From contig NC_043000.1 in assembly GCF_006345805.1 (NCBI RefSeq), forward strand, positions 32,860,001 through 32,924,000: DNA of 64,000 nucleotides, read 5' to 3'. Below are positions 12,940-26,500 of the stretch, piece after piece. The translations under genes and the position numbers were made by a program. This DNA is from Octopus sinensis. Its lineage: Eukaryota. The notes under the pieces are model-generated. The model worked only from the letters and a program-made list of their open reading frames with translations, was not told the origin of the DNA and did no database searches. The first letter of the stretch is position 1, and each line of letters starts with the position of its first letter.

Positions 12940-13325
12940 ATGTTGTTACTGTTGTGCCAACGGTCTTCGTCCCAGAGCTCGCAAGATGGGAGACGTCTGA
13001 AACGTGGTCCTTTGCTATTCGTAAGACCCGCAGAAGAGAAAGCAGGTCAACCCTCGACACCGAGAGCATCGACGGATGGATGAATGCGCATCCAGGCTCA
13101 GCGGTTGCGTAGGAAGTCGGGGATAAGAAACAGGAAGAAAGAGTGAAAGAAAGTTGGGGCGAAAGAGTACAACAGGGGTCGCCACCGCCCCCTGCCGGAG
13201 CGTCGTGGAGCTTTAGGTGTTTTCGCTCAATAAACACACAACGCCCGGTCTGGGAATCGAAACCGCGATCATCCGACCGCGAGTCCGCTGCCCTAACCAT
13301 TGGGCCATTGCGCCCCCACTGTTGT
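12940..13325 (-). mobile_element. tRNA-derived SINE family C with (AAC)n tail
   Basis: GGGGCGCAATGGCCCAATGGTTAGGGC..GGTTTCGATTCCC head; second copy at about 56357-56722(-). Confidence 0.85.
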
Positions 13326-13399
13326 TGCTGCTGGACACCACCTCTGCTACGTAGACCACAGCCTCGGCGTTGTATCGACCAACTACTGAGAACTCATTG

Positions 13400-13924
13400 T
13401 TAAGCCTACATGAGCCTCCTGCTTGTGTGCAGTGTTCACTAAAATATTATTAATACTAGGCACACAACTGAATGAGACCCTTAAATTGTGTCAATTAAAT
13501 AATCATCTGTACATATGGGATTGCGTGAAATGCTTAACCTTAGTGGGGTCGGGGAAATTTTTAAATTCGGAAAGTAAGATGTTTAGTCGGTGCCCTCATG
13601 AGAGAAAATTCCTACTGAAGATATGAAATTTCTTGCTCGTTGACTAGCGAACAGAAATCATGCATAAACTGTCCCTTTTCAGACACAACTGGAACCAGTC
13701 AAAGGGAGATAACTTTATCTTGTCCAGAGGGATTTCGCTCCAAAGAATTTCGTTACAGGGTTTTTATTAAAACTAACTCTGGCTAAACAAAACTGTATTC
13801 TTACCACTATTCATAAGGAGGTTATATGCTTCCAGCCAGCAGGTCTGATGAGTCGTTGATATTGCTTAAGAGCGTGTGTGAAACTAATGGTAACTTTCTA
13901 CCGGCCATTATCAACAACTACATT
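13400..13924 (+). mobile_element. Penelope-like 3' end, inverted relative to the 12111-12745 copy
   Basis: LNSESKMFSRCPHERKFLLKI* (ORF 13423-13626); about 390 bp aligns in reverse complement to 12111-12500. Confidence 0.85.
13835..13905 (+). ncRNA. Type I hammerhead ribozyme motif (second copy)
   Basis: aggt CTGATGA (13845-13851) ... GAAA (13880-13883) ctaatgg TA actt; weaker stems II and III than the left copy. Confidence 0.65.
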
Positions 13925-13987
13925 TAATACTACTGCTCAAAAGATTCTTTTGAGTGTACTTTTTTGATTTATGAACAACTGACTGAT

Positions 13988-14025
<38 letters not shown>

Positions 14026-16382
14026 CACGTTTATGTGCTTGACTTTTATATATAATTATACATAAAAATATTAATATAAACCTGAATTATAACACACGCA
14101 TATGTATGTATGTATATATATATATGCATATATCGCAGGTGTTGCTGCTTTACCACATGGTTCCAGGTTCAGTCCCATTGCGTGGCACTTTGAGAAAGTG
14201 TCTTCCACTATAGCCTTGGGCTGACCAAGGCTTTTGAGTGCATTTGGAAAGAAGCCCGTCGTATATGTGTGTGTGTGTGTGTGTCTGTGTACATGTATGT
14301 GTTTTTGCAACTGTGTTTGTCCCATTGCTTGACAATCGATGTTGCTGTTGTTTACAACCCCGTAACTTAGCGGTTCGGCAAAAGTGACTGATAGAATAAG
14401 TACTAGGCTTACAAAGTATAAGTCCTGGGGTTGATTTCTTCAACTGAAGGCAGTGCTCCAGCATGGCTACAGTCAAATGACTGAAATGAATAACAGAATA
14501 TATATATGACATCCATACATATATATTCAAATTTATATCAATTAGTTTATTTAATTATGCTGATAAATGTCTAAGTAGCAATTGGGACAAACTAGAAAGA
14601 GACTGGCTGACAAATCTTTTACAGACATAATCTGTAAGTGGAACAGTAAAAATATGCAAGACTTTCTTAAAGCTCAATATGTAACAATTATGGTTGTTCT
14701 GTGATAGACCTTCTGTTTCCTCGTTAGAAACCAGCTCCTCCCTTCTGGGAAGAATACGAATAAATAAATGCAAAAGTGAACGCATACACACATACATGTA
14801 CACACAGAAGTATAAGGTCAGTCCAGACAGCCTTTTGAGTGTCCTCTCATGCTACTTTGGACAACACTCACATTAAAGAGAGAAATGAGTACTTCACATG
14901 TATGCTCAACAGTGAGAGTAAAAACATCATGAGATTAGGTGGAGAACTCTTGAATAGGTACTCTGAGTTTACAGCTGTTTCATGTGAACCAAGGGTGGTT
15001 GGATTGACCTGAGACCTGGAAGAGAAATGATTGTCAAACCAGCAGAAAGTTATTTATGGGTACAGGCAACAACATTGATAGAGATCCTGGCCTCTTCTGG
15101 AGCAGTGATAAATATATCATATCTCATCTGGAGAACCCTGCCTTTGATAGTTATTATCACCTTGTTTTAAGACTTTTGAGATGGGGGCCAGTATCTCATA
15201 TATGAGGGTTGGGGACATCACCCTAGGGTACACATTAGTGCAAACATATACCATTATCAAGTGGTGTATTTGTTCTTGCAATTAAGACAGAACACAAAAA
15301 ACAATGCAATACAAGATTGAATCCACTGCATATAAAACACCAGGTACAAATGACATGAGCATGCATGTGTCAATGGATGGAATCTACAGGTGATGCATTC
15401 AAATCACAGACAAGATTGGTGTGGAGTGAAAATTACTGTTTATCAATGTTTGATGGATGTGATTAGAAAATATTATTTCTGATCTAGTGGTTAGGGATTG
15501 AGCTCAGGATCATAAGACTGTGGATTCAATTCTTGGACCAGGCACTGCTTAGTATAGATAAATACCAGCTGAGTTCTAGTACAGTTCTTTCTCTCTCTGG
15601 AATTCTTTTCTGTGTTTTGCTGGGTCAAAAGCCGGAGGGTTGAAAGAGTTCTTTGTGCCCACTCTAGCACCTAAAACAATGGCCAAAAACATGGTACACA
15701 CCACCAAATCATTCTTGCCTGTGTGTGATGGCTATGGATTTTCGTTTTTTCTTTTTAACTCAACTATAAAAGAAGTCTTGGGCAAAGTGTTCCACAAGGA
15801 ATCTGGTGGGTGAGGCAAAAGAGATGAAGAGAGAACAAATTCATTGAGAGAACTTGAGTAATGGAGGGTTGCAAGTTCAGAAAAGTATGAAGCACAACAG
15901 AAGGATGAGATAAGGGAGTCCTTTGAAGGATATGTCTGGTAGCATTACATATTTCCCCCCCTTCTTTCCCCAACTAAACATTAACACCAACAAAATCTCT
16001 TGGATTTACCATTATCATTGTTGCCAACCTGGACATGCACCAGTTTCCTGGGATTCCATGTTTTACCTGAAGGTACAGCATATCAATGAAATAGTTATGA
16101 TATGTTGGGAAGGACTGCTACATTAGTTAGATGGTGGATTTGAATGGCACATGGGATACAGTCCAGACTGGTTGTGTTTGTGATAACTGTGCTGTTCCAC
16201 ATGGGATAACAACAATGTTTTATAATATGTTTAAGCAATCCTACATGTTGGCTTTGGTCATGTCTCTTAAATGGATGGAATCAACATTATTGCAAATCAT
16301 CAGCAATCAGTGAGAGAGAAAGTCATATTTTGTAGAGTAAATAATTTTCCTGTGACAAAATTACATGCAACACTAAATAGTA

Positions 16383-16655
16383 TCGTCATCATCATCGTTT
16401 AACATCTGTTTTCCATGCTAGCATGGGTTGGGTGGTTCGTCTGGGGTCTGGGAAGCCAGGAGGCTGCACCAGGCTTCAGTCTGATCTGGCAGTGTTTCTA
16501 CAGCTGGATGCCCTCCCTAATGCCAACCACTCCGTGAGTGTAGTGGGTGCTTTTTATGTGCCACTGGCATAGGTGCCAGGGGAGGCTGGCAGTGGCCATG
16601 ATTGGTTGGTGCTTTTTACGTACCACCAGCATGGAAGCCAGTCAAGGTGGCAATA
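16383..16655 (-). mobile_element. RTE 3'-UTR-only copy (truncated LINE or RTE-tailed SINE)
   Basis: (CAT)n-CGTTTAACATCTGTTTTCCATGCTAGC. Similar copies at about 17165(+), 35220(-), 37990(+), 43670(+), 44830(+), 46305(-), 47150(+), 50200(+), 51235(-), 57345(-), 62085(-), 63175(+). Confidence 0.8.
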
Positions 16656-18819
16656 TAATTAGTATAATTAATTAATTACTATAGTGTTGCCGGTAAACAA
16701 TCTCTTGTCTAATTATTATTTAGTTTTGCAAGCTGATTGCAAGTTTTGTGTATTCTTGAGAGCTTTGAAGGATCAATGTTAATGGCAAAACAAGGAAACC
16801 CAGTGTTTTATTGATAATATTTCATGAAGTCAGTAAATAAAATAATGTAATTAACAAAACAAAAAAATTGTGCTTGCAATGAGAAGAGAGGAAAATTAAT
16901 GATTCTGGTTAACAAAGCTAAGAGAAGATAACTCATAAATTTAAATTGATAAAAATTGAATGTGAATATATAATAGTGTGTATGTTTGGATGTATTCATG
17001 TGACCAGCATGAATGTGGGGAGACGAGGAGGGTAGTGCTGAAAGTGTTTCAGGGTGAATATTAAACACAAAAAAAAAAACAGTATAAATATCAACAAACT
17101 AACATCTATTTTTTTATAGGTGTTGAAATGTGTAAGATACAAAATAAGACAATAATTTATTTTCGAATGCAGTGGTTGGCATTAGGAAGGGCATCAAGCT
17201 GTAGAAACGTTGCCAGATCAGATTGGAGCCTGGTGCAGTCGTCTGCTCACCAATCCTCAGTCAAACCGCCCAACCCATGCCAGCTTGGAAAGCAGATGTT
17301 AAATGATGATGATGATAATGATGTTTAGTCATACATTTAGCTTTATAGTGTCTAAAATTGTGGATTAATTTGTCAGTGGGCAGTTTAGCTTAATGGTCAA
17401 GCACTTAGTTGGGGTCTTTAAGGGATGTGGGTTTGAGTCCCATGGCTGGTAGTTGACAAATTTTTCTGCATTGTAAATGTAATTTACCCAATATTTCTGC
17501 TGTTCTAATGGCATTTCTGCGTCCGAAAATAAATTGTCATCTTATTTGCAGCTTATAAAACCATAGGTTTACATTGTATAGGATGGCAAAAATATTTCAC
17601 AAGACATGAACAAAAAAAAAAAAAGAAAAGTAAACTCACTTTTGTTGATGTGTTACGGGACTTAAGAACACTTTGGCACTTGTAATGAGAGGCAGGTAGC
17701 AGCTATCATGTGAGTCCACAATGGCAATGACCTTCCTTTATGATAAACAATGTCCATCTGTCTGATGGCTTTAGTAAAAAAGGTTGTGTAGTAAGCCAGA
17801 TTGAAAAAGGCTGAAGAAAGACATGTTCCTCTTTGGCCCTTATCGTGTTTTTCAAGTTTCACTTGAGAAGGAAAGTGAGGGCAGAAATAGATGTGCTGCC
17901 TCCCACTAAAATTGTTGGAAGTTGAATAAGGGTGGCAAGCATGGTTTGAGTGAAAAGGTCTGCTCTGAGTATGTTTCTGAATGGAAGAAAACAATTGGGA
18001 GAGGGCACTTGCCATAGAGGTCAGAGTGGACAGGATCTTATGGGGTTTTCAGGAGCAGCCCTTAAAAGTTTTCCCTCTTTTCAGAAATTATTCCTTGTTT
18101 GAATTTTTTTGTTTCTTTGTTATTTTCCTTTTTAGCCAATCTTTAGTAACCTAACACGGTATCACCCTGTTCTGTTCCCAAACATTTTGCTAATCCTTAG
18201 GGGTCAATAAAGCAAACATCATTATCATCGCTATAGGATGGGTGGAATGGCAGACAAAGCATTGGAAAAATTCTCTTTGGTGTTCTTTTTACATTCTGAG
18301 TTCAAATCCCACTGAGATTGTTTTTTTGAGGGCAATAAAGTACTAGTCAGGTACTGGGGTCAGCTAAATCTCCTCCTCCCCTGCTAAAATGGCTGGCTTT
18401 GTGACACAATTACTGTTATTGTTATTTTCAAATTCCACGGAGGTTGACTTTGCCTTTCATCCTTTCAGAGTTGATAATATAAGTACCAGTCATGCACGGG
18501 AGGAATGGGTGTGTGTGTGTGTGTGTGTGGGGGGGGGGTTAGTCGACTTACCCTTCCCGAACTTGCTCCAAAATTTGAAATCATCATTATTATTATTATT
18601 TTTCTATATTGGTATGATTGTCCCTTAGCTGCATCAGAGAATTTACAAGAGATATCAAGTGACACAGAAAAGTTAAGGTTCATTACTCGTCCCCCCACCC
18701 CCACTGCAAGGACCAATAATAATGTTTGTTGCAGGGAGTTGATCTCTGGGACAGAGGAATGTTAATGTACTTGTTGGAGCGTGGGTCTGTTGGTAGATAT
18801 AAGTCTCCAAGGACATTAC

Positions 18820-18869
<50 letters not shown>

Positions 18870-19411
18870 CATGTCTGTGTGTGTCTGTGTACGTGATGGG
18901 TGTCTACTCAAAGAGCCAAGGGCCACCACAACAGTTTCTTTCTCAGAATATCTTTAAAAACTACAGAATAAACAAGCAAACAGTTTCGTGTTGATAGTCA
19001 CAGTTCTACATTATATACACCCACACAGAGATAGACACATTATTGAGTTGTCAACGTTATCGTACTAATGTCCTTGAGGACAGAAATCAAGAAACTGACT
19101 CATATGAACATTGCTCGGTCTAAGAGATCAACACCTAACAACAGATAAAAGGTTCTCACGGTAAAAATATCTTGACCCCACCCCGCCCATATCTGTGTGT
19201 GTGCGTAAAATGACTATCCCTGTCATACAAGCAGTGTCATTTATTTTCAATATTACATCACTTGGAGAAAAGCAGGGCAACGTCTAACCATAGGAAATCT
19301 GCCTCGATAAATTCCACTTGACCCATGATGCAAGCATGGGAAAGTGGACGTCAAAATGGTAACAATGATGAAATATGCATATACACATACATGCACACTT
19401 GATATATATAT

Positions 19412-22400
19412 ATCATCATCATCATCATCATCATCGTTTAACGTCCGCTTTCCGCGCTAGCACGGGTTGGACGGTTCGACCGGGTCTGGGAAGCCAGGGG
19501 CCGCTCCAGGCTCCAGTCTGAATCTGGCAGAGTTTCTACGGCTGGATGCCCTTCCTAACGCTAACCACTCCGTGAGTGGATTGGGTGCTTTTTACGTGCC
19601 ACCTGCACAGGGGCCGGAGGTCCGGCATCGGTCACGATCGGTTCGAGCTTTTAACGTGTCAGCGGCACGGGGCAACAAGGTCCGGGTTACTTTGGGGATC
19701 GGGGTACTTTGGGGATCCAGGGTACTTTGGGGATCCGGGGGTACTTAAATGGGTAGGGGGTATGGGTAGGGGGTATGTGGAATTGCTGCAGAAAGCAGCC
19801 CGGGTCTTGTAGTCACAGCATATCTCCAGAGATCTCGTCCTTCGCCATTGCCTCAGTGAGGCCCAATGCTCTGAGGTCATGCTTGACTACCTCATCCCAT
19901 GTCTTCCTGGGTCTACCTCTCCCCCTGATACCTTCAACTGTTTGGGAGTGGCACTTCTTCACACATCTCTCTTCATCCATCCGCAGCACATGACCATACC
20001 ATCGCAAGCGTCGCTCTTGCACACCACATCTGATGCTTCTTATATCCAGCATTTCTCTCAGGATGCTTACACTCTGTCTTGCGTGCACACTGACACTACA
20101 CATCCAGCGGATCATGCTAGCTTCATTTCTTTCAAGTCTACGCATGTCTTCTGCAGTCACGCCATGTTTCATTACCGTGAAGCATGGCAGTTCGCACACA
20201 TGCATCATACAATCTACCTTTTGCTCTGAGGGAGAGACCTTTTGTTGCCAGTAGGGGTAGGAGCTTTCTGAACTTTGCCCAGGCTATTCGTATTCTAGTG
20301 GTGATACTCTCTGTGCATCCACCTCCGCTACTAACTTGGTCACCCAGGTAGCGGAAACTATCAACTACTTCTAGTTTCTCTCCCTGGAGTGTGATGGAAT
20401 CTGTTGTGTCTATTGTCCCTGTGCATCTGCCGCACATGAAAGCTATCTTATCTGTTAATTCCCTTTAATGTTGCTGCACCTCTTATGTGTCCATAACTTA
20501 CATTGGGTGCATCTTATATGGAGTTCTACCTGTACCTTTCCTACAGGTTGAGCAGGGCCACCTACCCGAGGGGTGTGTGCTGAGTACCTCTTGCTGCTTA
20601 CTAATACTTTGGTCTTTGCTACATTTATTCTAAGGCCCTTTGATTCCAACCCTTGCTTCCACACCCGAAATTTCTCTTCTAGTTCCGGTAGTGATTCTGC
20701 TATGAGAGCTAGGTCATCGGCATAGAGGAGCTCCCAGGGGCATCCCGTTTTGAATTCCTCTGTTATGCCTGAAGGACTATGATGAATAAAAGGGGACTGA
20801 GGGCTGAGCCCTGGTGCACACCTACTTCTACCCGGAATTCTTCACTATATTCGTTGCCAATCCTAACCTTGCTGACAGCCTTTCGGTATAGAGCTTGTAC
20901 AGCCCTTATTAGCCATTCTTCAATCTCCAGTTTCCGCATCGACCACCAGATAAGGGAACGGGGAACCCTGTCAAAGGCTTTCTCCAAGTCTACAAAAGCT
21001 ATGTAGAGGGTTTATCTTTAGCTAGGTACTTCTCCTGCAGTTGTCGGACCAGGAATATAGCATCAGTGGTGCTTCTACCTGGTACAAAACCGAACTGCAT
21101 TTCATCTAAACAAATTCTCTCCCTAATGAGATTGGTATGACCTTCTCTGAGACCTCATCACCTGGTCCAACAGTTTAATACCTCTGTAATTATTTCTATC
21201 TAGAGCATCACCCTTACCCTTGTAGCAGTTGACTATGGTGCTGCTGCACCAGTCATTGGGTATGACTCCATTGTGAACTACCTGGTTTACAATGCGGGTG
21301 ACTATGGCATAGCCCACATAGCCAGCTGTTTTAAGCATCTCAGCAGTGATTCCTGATAGGCCAGGGGCTTTGCCTGGTTTCATATCCTTAATTGCCTTAT
21401 CTACAAGGGAGCTGTCTATTCGGGTAGCTGGTCCCTCTACTGGGTCAACATTTGGCAGGCTCTCCTCCTCCCATTCATTCTCCTCATTCAGCAGTCTTTC
21501 ATAATGGCTTCTCCAAGCCTCTTTCTTTTCACTAGTAGTAAAAGCAAGTGCCCCATCATCCATGCGGACACATTTCTCTCCTATAACATCGCTATTTTCT
21601 CTGACACACTGTCTGGCAATCCGAAATACTTCAGCTCTTTGATCCTCGCGACGCTGGACATTGGCAAACTTCTTCTTTTCTGCTACATCTTTGGCAATGT
21701 ATACCTGCCGCCCAGCCTCCCTTTTGGCTATCTGGTACAGTTCCCTGCTGCCCCCATCCTTCCAGGCTTTCCAGGCCCGTCTCTTTTCACAGATGGCTTT
21801 ATCTACTGCACTATTCCCACCACCACGTAATTCTAGGTCTAGAAGGGACTTTGCACCATCCACAGACTTGGTCTGTGGCACTCAGCAAGCTGTCCCGTAG
21901 GAATTCCCAGCTACCTTCTATGTCTGACGTCTGAAGCTCCTCCTCCCACTCATCAAATTTCTTGATGAGTATGTCCCTAAATTTCTGACCATGCGAAGGG
22001 TTCTTTAGCCTCCAAATCCTTCTTTTCTGGATTGGTTTGTTTCTTGGAGTCCTTCTGGCCTCAAGCTTAAAGTCACTGATGATTAGTCTATGCTGAGGAT
22101 ACATTCTTCACCCGGGAGGGTCTTTGTATTCAAGAGCAACCCTGCATCCCGTTGTCTGGTGAGGATGAAGTCTATTTGGCTAGCGGAGTCTCCTGACTGA
22201 TAAGTTATAAGGTGGCAGACTGGCTTCTTGAAGTTAGTGTTGCAGATTGAAAGGTTACATGCATCACAGAATTCCAGCAGTCTAGTTCCCTCATCATTTC
22301 TGGTGCCAATACCATAGCCACCATGTACCCCAGTGAAGATACCCGATTCCCGCCCAACATGCCCATTAAAATCTCCACCTACAAAGATGAGGTCCTTGTT

Positions 22401-23570
22401 ACTAGTCTTTGAAGTAGCCTGCAGAAGGGTATCATAAAAGTTGTCCTTCTGATCATTTGGTAGTCCTGCTTTGGGGCATAGGCTGAGATAATCATAGCTG
22501 TGCCACTCTGTAGGACCAACCTGAGCTTAAGCACTCTATCACAAACCCTGACAACCTCTATGACCTTATCCACCATTCCTCCGCAAGGAGAATGCCTACA
22601 CCACCCCCTACACCTTCCGCGTTACCTTGCCAGTAGAGTTTGTACCTAAGTGCCTTGCCCGTGAGGACCCTAGCCGAAGCATCTCTCCATCTTACCTCTT
22701 GTATGCAGCATACATCAAACTGTCTTCTCTCTAGCATCTCTACAATCTCACTAGACTTGCCTGTCAATGTACCAACATTGATAGTGCCAACTCTGAAAAC
22801 TGGGAAGGAGATGTGGGGGGGACGGGGGGGATTCGGCGCCTGAGAAGAGGAGGGTTGTTGTGGTGGTGATAGTTTTCGTGGTATTTTTCTTTTGATCTCT
22901 CTTCCATCCTAACCACGCCGTGGGCAGGAACTGGTGTTAGCAGTGGACATTCGTTATCGTCACTGAGTAACGTAATTAGGTAGAGGAAAGAAATACAGAT
23001 ATTCTAGAGTTGAGTTGGGGAGGGGGGGTCCAGTTGAGAAAGGTTTCACCAGTGAAAAGAGGGGAGAGATAGTAGAGGGTGCGGGTAATATAGGGGAGCA
23101 CCAGTGGGGAAGGTTGGGGTAAGGAGGAACGATGGCAGAAGGGTTGGTGTAGGTTCGTAAGAAATAAAAACGTAGGATATTACGAGGCGGGAGGGTACTA
23201 AAAGGGGATGGTCGGATTGAGGCAGTGTCAGGAGGAAGCGTAAGATCGGTGGGCAGTTGATGAGCTATGGCGCTAGCAGCTTGTCTTTTCACAGTGAAAG
23301 CATATGAGGAGAAGGGGTAGTGGGGGGAGGGGAGGGAGTAGGGCGTATCCGGTGTAGATGAGTAGGGCGTATCCGGTGTAGATGGTGAGAACAGGGTATA
23401 CTGGTATTGGTGGTGGGGGTGAGAACAGTGTTCACCGGTATGGTGGTGGCGGTGAGAACAGTGTTCACCGGTATTGGTGGTGGGGGTGAGAACAGTGTTC
23501 ATCGGTATTGGTGGTGGGGGTGAGAACAGTGTTCATCGGTATTGGTGGGTGGGTGGGGGGGGCGGGCGCA
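19412..23570 (-). mobile_element. Young, near full-length RTE (BovB-like) LINE: APE plus RT, (GAT)n tail
   Basis: APE RVGTINVG/CCIQEVRW/FVGGDFNGH (22100-22800); RT EKAFDRVP, VGVHQGSALSP, LLYADD (20700-21300); VQERRLRWYGHV..GRGRPRKTW (~19900-20000); broken mainly by frameshifts. Confidence 0.95.
23338..23548. repeat. 24-bp (x2) and 34-bp (x4 plus partial) minisatellites in the RTE 5' region
   Basis: GAGTAGGGCGTATCCGGTGTAGAT x2; GGTATTGGTGGTGGGGGTGAGAACAGTGTTCAYC repeated. Confidence 0.85.
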
Positions 23571-26500
23571 CCGCCGATGGCGGAAAGATGGGGAAAGATG
23601 GGATTACGGCTTGAGGTAGCCTAAGGTTAAATTTCGTAGAGAGAGAGATAGGAAAGATAAATCAAGTTATGGCGAAGGCTTGAAAGTAGCCTAAAAGGTT
23701 AAATTTTCGTAGTGAGTGAGATGGGTAAGACGAATCAAGTTATCAATGTATGAATAAACGTAGTAACAACGAATGAATGTATGTCGCGCTATGTATAAAA
23801 AATAAAAATAGTAAGATAAATTTTTAAGAACTTGCTGCGGGCATCGACCGGGAGTTGAAATTGAAGAAGAAAGTAAGTTGAATTGGGAATTTAAATTGCA
23901 GAATCGTAATGGTAATGGCGATTTTCAAGTTTTAGCATAGAAGAAGAAGAAGAGGAGGAAAGACCGCCGATGGCGGAAAGATGGGGAAAGATGGGATTAC
24001 GGCTTGAGGTAGCCTAAGGTTAAATTTCGTAGAGAGAGAGATAGGAAAGATAAATCAAGTTATGGCGAAGGCTTGAAAGTAGCCTAAAAGGTTAAATTTT
24101 CGTATGAGTGAGATGGGTAAGACGAATCAAGTTATCAATGTATGAATAAACGTAGTAACAACGAATGAATGTATGTCGCGCTAGTATGAAAAATAAAAAT
24201 AGTAAGATAAATTTTAAGAACTTGCTGCGGGCATCGACCGGAGTTGAAATTGAAGAAGAAAGTAAGTTGAATTGGGAATTTAAATTGCAGAATCGTAATG
24301 GTAATGGCGATTTTCAAGTTTTAGCATAAGAAGAAGAAGAAGAGGAGGAAAGACCGCCGATGGCGGAAAGATGGGGAAAGATGGGATTACGGCTTGAGGT
24401 AGCCTAAGGTTAAATTTCGTAGAGAGAGAGATAGGAAGATAAATCAAGTTATGCGAAGGCTTGAAAGTAGCCTAAAAGGTTAAATTTTCGTAGTGAGTGA
24501 GATGGGTAAGACGAATCAAGTTATCAATGTATGAATAAACGTAGTAACAACGAATGAATGTATGTCGCGCTATGTATGGAAAAATAAAAATAGTAAGATA
24601 AATTTTTAAGAACTTGCTGCGGGCATCGACCGGGAGTTGAAATTGAAGAAGAAGTAAGTTGAATTGGAATTTAAATTGCAGAATCGTAATGGTAATGGCG
24701 ATTTTCAAGTTTTAGCATAAGAAGAAGAAGAGGAGGAAAGACCGCCGATGGCGGAAAGATGGGGAAAGATGGGATTACGGCTTGAGGTAGCCTAAGGTTA
24801 AATTTCGTAGAGAGAGAGATAGGAAAGATAAATCAAGTTATGGCGAAGGCTTGAAAGTAGCCTAAAAGGTTAAATTTTCGTAGTGAATGAGATGGGTAAG
24901 ACGAATCAAGTTATCATGTATGAATAAACGTATTAACAACGAATGAATGTATGTCGCGCTATGTATGGAAAAAATAAAATAGTAAGATAAATTTTTAAGA
25001 ACTTGCTGCGGGCATCGACCGGGAGTTGAATTGAAGAAGAAAGTAAGTTGAATTGGGAATTTAAATTGCAGAATCGTAATGGTAATGGCGATTTTCAAGT
25101 TTTAGCATAAGAAGAAGAAGAGAGAGGAAAGACCGCCGATGGCGGAAAGATGGGGAAAGATGGGATTACGGCTTGAGGTAGCCTAAGGTTAAATTTCGTA
25201 GAGAGAGAGAGATAGGAATAAATCAAGTTATGGCGAAGGCTTGAAAGTAGCCTAAAGGTTAAATTTTCGTAGTGAGTGAGATGGGTAAGACGAATCAAGT
25301 TATCAATTATGAATAAACGTAGTAACAACGAATAATGTATGTCGCGCTATGTATGGAAAAATAAAATAGTAAGATAATTTTTAAGAACTTGCTGCGGGCA
25401 TCGACCGGGAGTTGAAATTGAAGAAGAAAGTAAGTTGAATTGGGAATTTAAATTGCAGAATCGTAATGGTAATGGCGATTTTCAAGTTTTAGCATAAGAA
25501 GAAGAAGAAGAGGAGAAAGACCGCCGATGGCGGAAAGATGGGGAAAGATGGGATTACGGCTTGAGGTAGCCTAAGGTTAAATTTCGTAGAGAGAGAGATA
25601 GGAAAGATAAATCAAGTTATGGCGAAGGCTTGAAAGTAGCCTAAAAGGTTAAATTTTCGTAGTGAGTGAGATGGGTAAGACGAATCAAGTTATCAATGTA
25701 TGAATAAACGTAGTACAACGAATAATGTATGTCGCGCTATGTATGGAAAAATAAAATAGTAAGATAAATTTTTAAGAACTTGCTGCGGGCATCGACCGGG
25801 AGTTGAAATTGAAGAAGAAAGTAAGTTGAATTGGGAATTTAAATTGCAGAATCGTAATGGTAATGGCGATTTTCAAGTTTTAGCATAAGAAGAAGAAGAA
25901 GAGGGAAAACCCGCCGATGGCGGAAAGATGGGGAAAGATGGGATTACGGCTTGAGGTAGCCTAAGGTTAAATTTCGTAGAGAGAGAGATAGGAAAGATAA
26001 ATCAAGTTATGGCGAAGGCTTGAAAGTAGCCTAAAAGGTTAAATTTTCGTAGTGAGTGAGATGGGTAAGACGAATCAAGTTATCAATGTATGAATAAACG
26101 TAGTAACAACGAATGAATGTATGTCGCGCTATGTATGAAAAATAAAAATAGTAAGATATTTTTAAGAACTTGCTGCGGGCATCGACCGGGAGTTGAAATT
26201 GAAGAAGAAAGTAAGTTGAATTGGGAATTTAAATTGCAGAATCGTAATGGTAATGGCGATTTTCAAGTTTTAGCATAAAAGAGAAGAAGAGGAGGAAAGA
26301 CCGCCGATGGCGGAAAGATGGGGAAAGATGGGATTACGGCTTGAGGTAGCCTAAGGTTAAATTTCGTAGAGAGAGAGATAGGAAAGATAAATCAAGTTAT
26401 GGCGAAGGCTTGAAAGTAGCCTAAAAGGTTAAATTTTCGTAGTGAGTGAGATGGGTAAGACGAATCAAGTTATCAATGTATGAATACGTAGTAACAACGA

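Noticed and set aside
22960-23502. 180-aa Pro/His-rich ORF as an RTE ORF1
   Set aside because: Its composition is explained by C-rich minisatellites in the 5' region; no domain was recognised
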